Positions 1 through 12,059 of a stretch of 64,000 nucleotides of DNA are shown piece by piece. Where the stretch lies: positions 17,918,001 to 17,982,000 of the forward strand of contig JBHGNT010000009.1 in assembly GCA_043228905.1 (NCBI GenBank), read 5' to 3'. A program made the position numbers and the translations under genes. Under the pieces are notes generated by a model. The model saw nothing but the letters and a program-made list of their open reading frames with translations, was not told the DNA's origin and ran no database searches. This stretch comes from Azolla caroliniana. Its lineage: Eukaryota > Plantae > Polypodiophyta. Every line of letters starts with the position of its first letter. Position 1 is the first letter of the stretch.

Positions 1-585
1 ACATACAAATGGCATCTATCCCATATGTCCCACATACAATGGCATATGGCCACGGACCCTATAAATAGGGACTAGGGGGCCACTTGTGCTACACATAAAA
101 AAATCATGGCTAAGAACAAAGTGCTCTTAGCTATGAAAAAGGCCATGGCTTGCATTGAGCAAGATGTGGCTTATTGCCTCTTACTCCTCTCTGTCCTCTC
201 CGCCTTCAGAAAAGTGGAGCAAGAAAGAAGGGAAGAAAGGAGTAAGAATAAGGCCAAAATATGGCCTCTCCCATAAATTGGGAGTGGCCATAACTGGTAT
301 AACGCCCATAAGGTGTCCAGGGGACACCACCCCCCTCCCCAAAACCCAAAACCCAAGGAGGAGTAAAAATATGGCCCCTGCCATAAATCGAGAGTGGCCG
401 TAACTAGTATAACGCCCATCGGATGTTCATTGGACACCCCCCTCCCCCCCAATACACTCACCCAAATACTCTATCCATCCAAAAAAACCTCTAAAACATA
501 TGTGGAACTCACATGATTCCTCAAATCAATCCATTTTCCTTGTCATGCATTCCCAATATATCGGGTTGTTTCAACCAAGCCTAAC
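1..585 (+). repeat. ~590-bp dispersed repeat, copy 1 (left end outside window); carries TATA box and a 56-aa ORF at 106-276
   Basis: Near-identical to 6880-7470 and similar to 7690-8100; CTATAAATAGGG at ~59-70 followed by ATG at 106 (MAKNKVLLAMKKAMACIEQD...KIWPLP*). Confidence 0.85.
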
Positions 586-1738
586 CCACCATGTCATTTA
601 TGTTGAATTGCTCCACAAATCCAAACATACTTACATGAAATTTATTTCACTATGACCCTATTCATCATAATTTGACCTAAAAACATGAAGGTAAACACTA
701 CTATTATTAGAACGGTCGTAACGAGGCGACAATCCTCCCTGAAGAATATACCTTCCAAATCCACAATCTCTTTGATTCCCCTCATTCAAATTCTTGGCAC
801 AATCCTTCGTCTCACAAAGAAGGGTGGAACAAGGGCCCCAAAAACTTCCCCCAACCATGACAAACAAAAGTTATTGGGCTTGGATGGAATACGACAAATT
901 TTAGCTCAAGTGGTGTTAACTTGGGGACATTGATTGTGAGCACACCATTCTCCATGGTTGTGAGTCGTGACCCGCAAACACACTTAATAATATGTGATTA
1001 AAACTAGACACGGGGACTCCACTATATATAAGAAGGTTGTATCATGTGCCTTTATGACATCATTTATAAACCCCTTATACGTATGTTTTTTCTTCTATTC
1101 TAGTGACCCTTTTGTAGAAAAAAGATTAATAAAAATACCCCTTATTAATAATATATTTTTTGATAACCACCCATTTTAAATATCCTTACATATAAAATAT
1201 ACGTGCAACACATAGTTTCGAATCCTAGAAGGGATCAACGACCATCTTTACAATTGATGACTCGCAAAATTATGAATGAACATTAAACATCATATGCAAA
1301 TTCCTAACAATTTTGCATTGATGAATCTCGAATACGCTATCTTCTATAAATTCTACTCTAACCAAATGAAAAATATTACGCTTCCAACGTCTTAGTGGTG
1401 GCCTTCGTGTAGATCGTTTCTAAATTTTAAATGTCATCCTTGTTGATGACGACATTGAAATACACATCATACAACGACTAGGCATCATCACATTTTGGCC
1501 TCTACTCACTTGTATTCAAACTAGGCCAGACAAGAGCACGATGAGCGTAAGAAAGAAAGGCATTGTTCATATGTTCCCTCGAGCGAATGCGCATTAGCGA
1601 GATCGTCGTGATCGATGATTACTTCAAATACACGATGTTATCCCTTCCCCAATCCACGCATGTATTGATTGCGCAACATTACCGAGTACTCTGTCATCGT
1701 TGTATTCTGATTCTCAAGAAGAGGAACCTAATCCTAAT

Positions 1739-1811
1739 CAATCCTACTAGGGATCGAACCTAGAATCTCTTGTTTCGTAAACCAACGCCTTGTTCATTGG
1801 GCCATAGGATC
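1739..1811 (-). pseudogene. tRNA-Arg(ACG) pseudogene
   Basis: Reverse complement GATCCTA TG GCCC AATGAACAA GGCG TTGGT TTACGAA ACAAG AGATT CTAGG TTCGATC CCTAG TAGGATT G; 73 nt; body matches plant cytosolic tRNA-Arg(ACG); D-loop GG lost and one anticodon-stem mismatch. Confidence 0.85.
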
Positions 1812-2072
1812 TTCGATTTTCCATTGGTTGTACTTCCATTGAGGATCGTGATTGACATGCGATACTCTTTTGATGACGAATTTGTTCCAAATAAACCATT
1901 CCATTTCTTTTACCTATTAAAAAGCATCATCCTCCTAAATGAATGCATCCAGCCAAAACAATGGATACATGATCTCATTTTCTAGACGGTTGAGACGGAT
2001 GCACATTATGACTCCATGGTTCAAGTTGATCGTCGTGTTCTTGATGTCGTACACTAGGATCAAGATTGAAAC

Positions 2073-2145
2073 CAATCCTACTAGTCATCGAACCTAGAAT
2101 CTTTGGTTTCGAAGGCAAACGCCTTATCCATTAGGCCATACGATA
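2073..2145 (-). pseudogene. tRNA-Arg(TCG)-like pseudogene on an ACG-type body
   Basis: Reverse complement TATCGTA TGGCCTAATGGATAAGGCG TTTGC CTTCGAA ACCAA AGATT CTAGG TTCGATG ACTAG TAGGATT G; stems partly broken. Confidence 0.75.
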
Positions 2146-2834
2146 TTCGACTTATCATCGAAAAGAAGATCTCATATGTGAATATATAGAATCTCTTATT
2201 TCTCGTCATATGTTTAATCATTGTATTTTTCATAGGATCTCTTGTCTCTTATCTTACCATTATATTACTCGCCACGTTACGGAGATGAGCTTAAATGGGT
2301 TTATTGGATAAAGGTATGCGGAGTGACGTATATAATCCATAGATTCTAAAAAGCATTCATGACCATACAAATGAACTTAGAGAAGAGATTTTGTCTCAAA
2401 TTATCAATCTCTAATGTCTAGATACCATTCTCTTGTCATCATACCACCCGCTAGATTCTTCCACTCGTACGTAATTTTGCATTGTTGAATCTCAAATATG
2501 CTATCTTCTATTAATTCTACTAGACTAACCAAATGAAAAGTATCACCCATGCGATGTCTTAGTGGTGGCCTTTGTGTAGATTGTTTCTAAATTTTAAACG
2601 ACTTAGTGGTGGCCTTTGTGTAGATTGTTTCTAAATTTTAAACGACGGCATCCTTATTAAGGACTACATTCAAATACACATCATACAACAACTAGGCGTC
2701 ATCACATTCTTGCCTATACTAGCCTGTATTCAAACTAGGCCAAACAAGAGCATGTATTGATTGCATCCACAACATTATCGAGTACTCTGTCATCATTGTA
2801 TTTCGATTCTCGAAGAGAGGAACCTAATCTTAAT

Positions 2835-2907
2835 TGATTTTACTAGGGATTGAACCTAGAATCTCTAGTTTCGTAGACCGACACCTTATCCATTGGGCCA
2901 TAGGATC
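2835..2907 (-). pseudogene. tRNA-Arg(ACG) pseudogene
   Basis: Reverse complement GATCCTA TGGCCCAATGGATAAGGTG TCGGT CTACGAA ACTAG AGATT CTAGG TTCAATC CCTAG TAAAATC; acceptor and anticodon stems broken. Confidence 0.85.
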
Positions 2908-3249
2908 TTAGGTTTTTTGTTGGTTTTACTTCCATAAAGGATCGAGATTGACATGCAATACACCTTTGAGGAGGATTTTGTGCCAAATAAACCATTCCAT
3001 TTCTTTTACCTAAACATCATCATCCTCGCAAATGATGAATGAATGCATCCAGCCAAAACAATGGATACAAGATTTCTTTTACCTAAACATCATCATCCTC
3101 GTAAATGATGAATGAATGCATCCAACCAAAACAATGGATACAAGATCTGATTCACATTTTCTAGACGGTTGAGAGGAATGCGCATTATGACTCCATGATT
3201 CTTCATCGTCATATTCTTGACGTCGTACACTAAGATAACAATTCTAAAC

Positions 3250-3322
3250 CGATCCTACTAGGGGTCGAACCTAGAAACATTGGTTTCAAAGACCAACGCC
3301 TTATCCACTAGACAATGAATGT
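3250..3322 (-). pseudogene. tRNA-Arg-like pseudogene (anticodon TTG, probably TCG after CpG decay)
   Basis: Reverse complement ...TGGATAAGGCG TTGGT CTTTGAA ACCAA TGTTT CTAGG TTCGACC CCTAG TAGGATC G; paralogous position to 2073-2145; 5' acceptor strand degenerate. Confidence 0.7.
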
Positions 3323-5477
3323 TCGACCTTTTATTAGATAGAAGATACCACATGTGAATGTATAAGATCTAATATTTCTCATCATATTTCTTAAGCATGT
3401 ATTTTTCATAGTATCTATTGTCTCTTATCTTACCATTATATTCTTGGCCACATTACAGAGATGAGCTTAAATGGGTTTATTGGATAAAGGTATGCGGTGT
3501 GACGTATGTAATCCATAGAAAAGCATTCATGACCATACAAATGACCTTAAAGAAGAGTTTTTGTCTCAAACTATCAATCTCTAATTTCTAGATACCGTTC
3601 TCGTTTCATCATGCCACCCACTAGATTTTCCTCTCGTAATTAATTCTACATGACTAACCAAATGAAAAGTATTGGTAGCCTTCGTGCACACATAGTTTCC
3701 AATCCTAGAAGGGATCAATGACCATCTTTACAATTGATTACTTGCAAAATTATGAATTAACATTGAACATCATATGCAAATTCCTAGAAATTCTTCATCA
3801 AGTGCCACATAGATTAAAAACACAATGTCTAGGATGCCTATGCTGAATTCAGGTTCTATGAGGCTCACACGAAGGGTATGTGCTCGGGTAATGCTATGCT
3901 CTTCGAATGATGTGGTGTTTTGGAGTTGTTTTTCTTGTTTCCTTTACACATATTGTTTTCCTTTTGACACGCAAGTTGAGTTGTATATTATCCTATGTAC
4001 ATTGCCTTAACTAATGGAAGTAAGTTTTTTTTGGAAAAAAAAACACGATGTGTAAAGTATAAAGTAATGCACGCACAATTAGGGAACATTACCCAAAAAC
4101 ACTAGATGTATAACATATATAAGCCACATATAAGTTTTATTTTTAGTTTATTGAGACATATGGAGAATATAGAGTGATAAAAAACAATGTAATTTACAAT
4201 AAAACAATCTTGAACTTGATATATATATATATATCTCTAAGAGCACACAAGGAACAATCTAAAATGCATATCAATAATGAAATTAACTACAAATTAACAT
4301 TATGTTTGGTTTCATGGATAAACTTATATGAAGCCATAACATTATTTTTTTTCAAACACATTGATCAAATAAATGGCAACATATTTTATATTTCCATTTG
4401 AAATGTAAGACATCATCTATTCACATATTTTTACCCAAATAAAATAAAATAAATCATTTTGTTATTGCATTGTCTACTTAAAAAACTTGTCACAATAAAG
4501 GTTACCCTCATAAAGACCAACTATATAAAAAGAAAACCCTAAAAAGTTCATTTTAGGCTATAAATTTCATGTTGTTTCCATCTTCAATGTTGGACCTGTA
4601 TTATAACATGTAACACCGAAGCAAAGAAATCTTAATGTGCATGAAAATAAATAATATCTTAAAGAAATCAGAAAAATATATTTGAAATATGGTACGTTTA
4701 TATTTGGTTTCTACTCTTTTCTCCTTTTCTTGTTAAAATAAAAAGCATAAACATTAAGTTACTTTAATATATATTATTTATATATGTAGATGTATGCAAG
4801 TATATAATTCCAAACAACTTATATATACATACCTAGATTTCATTTCTAAAAGAAAATCGTTGAAAACTTTACAATTACTTTCGTTTAACATATAGTTATC
4901 ACATTTTGCATTATATGTGAGGCATTGGAATCATGTGATTTGTACAGAGGGACATGGAAATATCTCCATGCCTCCATCATTACAGAAACCCTTAATTGCA
5001 ATTTGGCATTGGAATCATGTGATTTATAGAGACTCCATGCCTCCATCATTACATTACACAACGCGTAACATAAATTGATTGAAATCATCCACTGCAAATA
5101 GAAATGAACAAAACATATTGCAATGACAGCATGACATGAATCAGTTGGTAGCTTCCAGTGTAAAAATATAAAGAGACAAATCAGAGGTGAATTAGGAATA
5201 CATTGTTCAAAATTGGATTCAAACAAGGCCTAATACACAGCCTTCATATTGAGGCTTCTCTCCCTTTGTATACATAATTAACACACAAAAAAATGGATCA
5301 AAAAATACCATTGGTTTTGATCGTTATTTAGGGCAATACCATCAGTTTTGCGTGTTATTTAATTTAATGCTAGTTTTACTAGCAAAACCTTAGGCTTAAA
5401 CATGAATCAAATAATGATCCATCGGGAGCATATCGTCTACTTCCAGTAATTTATTATACAACGTTATTGTTATTATT

Positions 5478-5970
5478 ATTCAATTTTCTTAGCCTCTCCG
5501 ATCCGCAAGGTGCGCCAGTCTTAATTTGTTCCTGCTATTATTTTGCAGTTAAAATTAGTGAAAACGAATAAAATAACACTCACACAAACTTCAGTAGATT
5601 GAACATTTCGAACACTTAGAAAACTGAGTTTATTTACCATGCACACCCACAGCCAAATCAGCAGCAATAAAAGTATCCATTCCTGTGACAAGTCATCACA
5701 GTTCCCCAACCAGCCTGCTTCTACATCTTTACCCCCTCTATGCTCTCAGATACTGAACCTATTTTGGTTCACCTACACATATAGCTTACATTTTGGTTTG
5801 TGATCAAAAGATCAATCTCCAACAATCTGGACTTTTTTTTCACCAACTTGTGCAGTGAACTTGCTGTAGTGCTCCCAATCATCTTTGATCAAATTGGGTC
5901 TTCAATTGATTCGATGGGATACTGCTCAACGAAGGAATTAATACAGATCAATTCAATTGATCTCCAGTTA
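5478..5970 (-). pseudogene. ENO: Enolase C-terminal pseudogene fragment with three exon remnants (~5790-5970, 5638-5772, ~5478-5531)
   Basis: Manual translation across frameshifts gives SFVEQYPIESIEDP/FDQ/DDWEHYSKFTAQVGEK/VQIVGD/DLLITN, VNQ/IGSVSESIEGVKM*KQAGWG..VMTCHR..DTFIA.DLAVG and QIKTGAPCGSERL, all enolase signatures; GT-AG intron at 5532-5637. Confidence 0.92.
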
Positions 5971-6834
5971 TATTTTGGCTGTCATCATTGTTCTAAGCAT
6001 AAAAGAAAACATAATGCAACTTCAGAATATAAAGCACGGATCAGAATGGTAACAAAATGAGTGGATATAACTGCATAATATAAAGCACAGATCATAATGG
6101 TTACAAAATGCATGGATAAGACTTTATACACCATTTAGACAGTTAGTTGAGTTTCAGTGGTATACACCATTTCCGTGGTTCTGATGGAAAATCAGGAGAT
6201 AACACTCTCATATTTGAATTATGATGGCTTTTCCCAGCTCTTCAAGCACTCGCATAGAGTTTCTTCGAAAGAATTAGGGTTTGACATTGGAGAAGAATAT
6301 GGTACAAAAGAAAAAGACGCAGATGATGATTGTTTGTTTCTGGCGACTACTTTCAAGAAGCGACATCCTACACAGTCAAGAAGCAAAAATAAGAGAGAAT
6401 AGAATAGAGATTTCTGAGAGAGAAACCCTAAAATGGTGTAAAATTATTTATATAGGAACCCTAATTAATTAGGTTTATTAAAAACTGCAAATTATATATG
6501 TATAGGGCGCGCCTGCCAGAAGCAAATGCCCAACCTTCTCTTCTGCTCTGCTCTGCTCTGTTTGTGTTCTGTATATTGTCTCTCTCTGCCCAAATGAGAA
6601 AAGAAAGGAAAACACACAGAAAGAAAGGTTTCCATTTCCATCAATAAATTATGGGCAGCCATTTCATTTCATTTCATTTGTCCCACATACAAAGGCATAC
6701 ATATCTATGAAACCCCCTAACACACAATATATACATACATACACGTAGAACTTAGAAGAACAAGGACAAACCCACAATGATATATGTATGTAATGGACAC
6801 ACAAACTTTGGCCCACACACAATAAATGGGCACA

Positions 6835-7470
6835 CATATGCCCATCCCATATGTCCCACATACAATGGCATCCATCCCATATGTCCCACATACAAATGGC
6901 ATCTATCCCATATGTCCCACATACAATGGCATATGGCCACGAACCCTATAAATAGGGACTAGGGGGCCACTTGTGCTACACATACAAAAAGCATGGCTAA
7001 GAACAAAGTGCTCTTAGCTATGAAAAAAGCCATGGCTTGCATTGAGCAAGATGTGGCTTCTTGCCTCTTACTCCTCTACTTCCTCTCCGCCTTCAGAAAA
7101 CTGGAGCAAGAAAGAAGGGAGAAAGAAAGGAGGAGTAAGAATAAGGCCAAAATATGGCCTCTCCCATAAATTGGGAGTGGCCATACTGGTATAACGCCCA
7201 TCAGGTGTCCAGGGGACACCACCCCCCCAAAACCCTAAACCCAAGGAGGAGTAAAAATATGGCCCCTCCCATAAATCGAGAGTGGCCATAACTAGTATAA
7301 CGGCCATTGGATGTTCATTGGACACCCCCCCTCCCCCTTAATACACTCACCCAAATACTCTATCCATCCAAAAAAACCCCTAAAACATGTGTGGAAATCA
7401 CATGATTCCTCAAATCAATCCATTGTCCTCGTCATGCATTCCCAATATATCGGGTTGTTTCAACCAAGCC
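6835..7470 (+). repeat. ~590-bp dispersed repeat, copy 2, preceded by ~30-bp tandem units (ccatatgtcccacatacaatggcat); 58-aa ORF at 6993-7169
   Basis: Direct alignment with 1-585; ORF kept in frame with a 6-nt insertion. Confidence 0.85.
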
Positions 7471-7689
7471 TTATGTGTATGTATGTATCCTTATGACAAT
7501 GTACACGATTTGATGTGTAAGGATGTGTGATTGTATCCCATAAATCGAGAGTGGCCATAATTTGTATAACGCCCATCGGATGTCCATGTGACACCACCCC
7601 CCCAAACCCGAAACCCCCCCCTTAATACACTCACCCACAATAATATATGTAATGGACACAAACTTTGGGCCTAAATGTCACAATACATG

Positions 7690-8100
7690 TGGAAATGGGC
7701 AAACATATGCCCATCCCGTATGTCCCACATACAATGACATATGGCACAAAACCCTATAAATTGGAACTAAGGGGCCACTTGTGCTACACATACAAAAATC
7801 AAGGGTAAGAATAAAGTGCTCTTAGCTATGAAAAAAACCATGGCTTGCATTGAGCAAGATGTGGCTTCTTGCCTCTTACTCCTCTACTTCCTTTCCGCCT
7901 CTAGAAAACTGGAGCAAGAAAGAAAGGAGGAGTAAGAATAAGGCCAAAATATGGCCTCTCCCATAAATCGGGAGTGAATAACTGGTATAACGCCCATCAG
8001 GTGTCCACGGGACACTACCCCCCCCAAAACCCTAACATGATTCCTCAAATCCCATGATTCCTCAAATCTATCCATGGTCTTGTCATGCATTCGCAATGTC
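7690..8100 (+). repeat. ~590-bp dispersed repeat, copy 3 (more diverged, internally deleted)
   Basis: Same TATA/gccacttgtgctacacata/ORF block; first ATG mutated and early stop. Confidence 0.75.
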
Positions 8101-8740
8101 TCTAGATATAACCGTTTGTTGTCTTTGTCCATGTTTAGCACATGGAAAGCCCAACTAATTCATCTTCCACATGGAAACGGATTGGTGAACCTCCTGTTCC
8201 GCATCCTTTGCAAATTGTGAGAACATCGTTGATCTTGCAAATATGAGGACCTCGTTGATCTTCTCGCATGTTTACGATAGCTTTGCATAGAAATAATGCA
8301 CTTGTCAATGGTTTCCTATGGTCTTGCGGAAAAACTATAGTTGAATATATCGGGTTGAATTACTCTTCAACAAATACAGGTATATGTGCCCTTCAACATA
8401 AAATGAGGGGTACACAGGCTTCGTCCACCCTCGATTGCATTTATGGGCAAAGCCATTAACGGGAAAATTTCCTATATATCTTTTTCGCTTCGATCAACAT
8501 ATTTTTCGCTAGCTTAATTCTTGATCGATTGAATCGATTGTGATCACTCACATTGTCCATGTCAGGCGACCGATCAGATGCTACCAATACATATACATTA
8601 TATACATACACAATAATAACCAACAAATAACATTCATAGGAGATGGGTTTGTTCGTGGGACTATTAACACTACACATATAACAAACACACTTCATTCATA
8701 GTCTCTCTTCGTTGATGGCTCTTGATAGCAATGGCCTCGG

Positions 8741-8769
8741 TTATGGCTATGGCTATGGCTATGGCTATG
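8741..8769 (+). repeat. (ATGGCT)n microsatellite
   Basis: ttatggctatggctatggctatggctatgg. Confidence 0.85.
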
Positions 8770-11319
8770 GACAGATCGCATCCCTGAAGGCCTCCACCAT
8801 CTCCACCACTTCTGCTGCTGCCGCGGCCCTGCTCTTCTTCTCTGCCAACATACAACTGGCATGAGCAGGAAGCGGAAGGAGATAGACTACGAATGCCTCG
8901 TCGACCTCGACAAACCTTACATGAAGGCCTACTAGCACCAAATTGTTTGCTATTTTTAGGTACAAAGAGCACATTTTCTTATAATTTGTTTCTCATTCTC
9001 TGATGAAGAAGGGAGTTCTTCTTATGTGTGCAATTAGGCAATTGGTGTTAACATTTCGAGATCTTCCTATGTTTTGAATTTTTTCAAAGTATTCCTTGTG
9101 GCATGTCATATGGTTTTGAGGCCAACAATTTAACATATCAAATATTAACTATAGTTGGGGTGTGCTTACTACCATGGTATCCAAGGCATCCTCCAACACA
9201 ACTTCTTGCTCATTTTTGCATGCAAAGTTTGTGTTGAAGGTTTCCAATCCAATAACCATTTTGCTTTTTGTAGCACTTTGATTGAATGTGTCTTGGCTTG
9301 CTAAAATTCCATGACCACTAATGAGTGAATTGTTGTCTTGTGTTGCAATTTGTTTACATGAGATGTTATTGAGCTTTCATATGTCATCTTACATCTTCAT
9401 TGTGATTCCCACCTCTATTTTGAAGGTGGCTTCTACCCTCCATGCATTCTTCTACCATGTCTTCCACTTCTACACTATAGTATTTATCATTGATATTTCT
9501 ACTTGGGTTCCCTTGGACTCTACATTCCCTTGGACTATGTAGAGCCATCGATTCTAACGAACATTCGTGCCCTAATGACCTTTCAACTCTGATGATTTTT
9601 CAACATTGACAAGCCATTGAGTCACCCATCCTCTTTGGTTCAAATCTGTGGTGGTCTCGCTCAAGTAGCACATGTACATGTGTAACTTTGCGACACCACC
9701 AAGAGTCCAATTCCATGTGCATTAGTTGCCATCTTTTGGTACTTTGCTTGATCAAACTCCAACATAAACATTGCCTATACAACTATCTCCTCCTTCATAG
9801 CTCCAATAGATAGATAAAGTTGCAAATACATATACAACTTATGAAGTAAAGTGAATGACTAGCTCTAGAATAATTCTAAGGTTCCCTTTATATCGTAGGT
9901 TTTTAATGTCTATGTTGGAACTTGCCACGACACGTTCATACCTAGCACAAACACCAAGAGCATTGAAGGTTGGGATGTCAATTGACAATGATGTTAGGGA
10001 GATAATCGTTAACATGAATATCAAGCACAATGTCACAAGAAGTTGGGTTGTATTAGGTTTAGATAAGGGTAAACCTTGTGAAACAAAGAAAAAAGAGTTA
10101 CAAATAGCAAGAAAAGAGTTCAACAACAATGTCAAGGAGATGATTGTGCGTATGAATATTAATAATGATCTCACAGTTTGGTTTGTGTTGGGTTTACACA
10201 TGGAAAAACCTAATGAAACAAAGAAAAAATAGTGAACAATTCCTTGTTCCAATATAAATTTGCTGAGGATAAGTGGACACTCTTTCATCAAACCATGTGA
10301 GTTAATTGGAATGCAAATCAAGTACATGTAGCAAGGTAGAAGGATTGGTTGTGCAATAATGTTTTAGGTAATATAATAACACAAATAATAGCAAACTTCG
10401 AAAACAAGTGCCAATAACGCTATTTGACAAAATCATAATAAATCATATGTATTCATTGATACAAAGATTTAAATCTCTTACATGGGAATGCATTAACTTT
10501 AGTTCAGTATATGCTTATTAACAATAGCCTATTTTGTTTGGTCTACCATTTTACATTATTACCTTGATGCTTAATCTAGTTCATATCAAAGTTATGGATG
10601 ATTGATCCATATTGTAATTCTTGGGCACACAACAAAACTACCTTGTGTACTTACAAAGGAAAGGATGTGATGCAAGCAATGTTTTGTTTCATTGCATGTT
10701 GATTACGGGTAGTCACGATTGGTAAAGCCAACGAAATGGCTGTGGTTACATCACACATAAAAGGTTATTATGTGAAAGAAAACAAGCCCATCATTTAGAT
10801 TCATACTTAGTGTAACGAAGGAGCTCATCAATTAATGTTTCATCTAATATAAAGCACAACTTTGCATGCAAAGTATTATCTAAACAAACTAGTTCACATG
10901 GTACATTGAATTGGAGAGCAAACTAGATACAAGTATATGGATACTAACAAGTGGTTGTCAAGGTGATCTGGAAATTCACAAGAGCATGATCATCACTATT
11001 AACACAAAGCACATCTTACAATGAGAGATCACTCATTGTAAAAAATAAATCATAACTAGAGTGGTTATTGATCTTTAAACACTAAAACGCCTTGAAGAAT
11101 CTATAAAAGACATCTCTGGCCATAACTATCATAGCCAAGTCCATGCAAGTTGGCAGAAAAAGCGAAATTGGCATGGCAAAGAAAACAAAATGAAAGCTTT
11201 TGATGTATGTATCAAAGAATTGAAAGAGCCCAATGTTTCAATATCATGACAAAAGTGTGCACCAAAATGGGATAAACATGGAAAAAGAGCATGAGTAGAT
11301 GAAAGAAAAATGTCTCAAT

Positions 11320-11705
11320 ATTTGCTCATCTAGGGACCAAAGAAGATAGATTAGGAGTCTCACAACACGGCCCAGTTTTGATAATGACATTAGAGTGTCA
11401 TTATTTGTTTATTTGCTCATCTAGGGACCAAAGAAGTTAGATTGGGAGTCTCACAACGTGGTACAGCTTTGATAGTGACATTAGAGTATTCATTATTTCT
11501 TTATCTTAGCGCCAACCTGCAAAATTGACACCTCAAAGGAGAGGAAATTCAAGTGCAAACAGCATAAAGATGGTATCTCATCCAATACTCATTTCACCTC
11601 AAGCATTCAGACACCCATATACAGAATTGAGGCCTCAAAGGAAAGGAAATTCAAGTGCAAACTGCGTAAACATGGTATCTCATCCAATACTCATTTCAAC
11701 TCATA
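11320..11705. repeat. Two local tandem duplications of ~90-105 bp
   Basis: tttgctcatctagggaccaaagaag..ggagtctcacaac at 11321 and 11412 (echoed at ~12850 and ~12895); cctcaaagga.aggaaattcaagtgcaaac...ccaatactcatttca at 11531 and 11633. Confidence 0.75.
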
Positions 11706-12059
11706 GCCAAATTGTCTCGCACTAAGCATATTATGCACTTTCTGCGGTTCATGATGCCAAACCAAATTAAGTATTAGGACACCCATGGCCAAATTGTGTC
11801 ACACAAAGCATATTGGCATCTTTTTGCGCTTCTGTTGTCTCATTAACACCCTAGTTTCTACTAGCCAGAATCAGAGTCCAGACAACATTCATAAACTGAA
11901 GGTTCTCTAAACCTTCATTCACCAATATTCCCAAAATAATACAAAAATCAACAAACACAACTGCGTGACTTGGTCCAAGAAATAGTACAACTTTACACAG
12001 AAAGGTGCAAAGATCAACCATAGAAGAAGTAATCAAACTTTAACAGTAAGGTCATTCTT

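Larger units (their letters stand above)
1206..3790. repeat. Diverged tandem repeat, ~1.15-kb period (two units plus partial copies), each unit with two tRNA-Arg-like genes
   Basis: Motif taattctac..ctaaccaaatgaaaa recurs near 1350, 2510 and 3640; 1206-1310 matches 3686-3790; 2160-2460 matches 3330-3630. Confidence 0.85.

Noticed and set aside
1205-1345. Possible 5.8S rRNA or plus-strand tRNA fragment (gtttcgaatcc)
   Set aside because: Only a T-loop-like word; no cloverleaf or rRNA alignment could be built
8200-11300. Possible DNA-transposon remnant or transit-peptide fragment (ORFs 8670-8972, 9839-10327, 9855-10232)
   Set aside because: No recognisable domain, TIR or Helitron end
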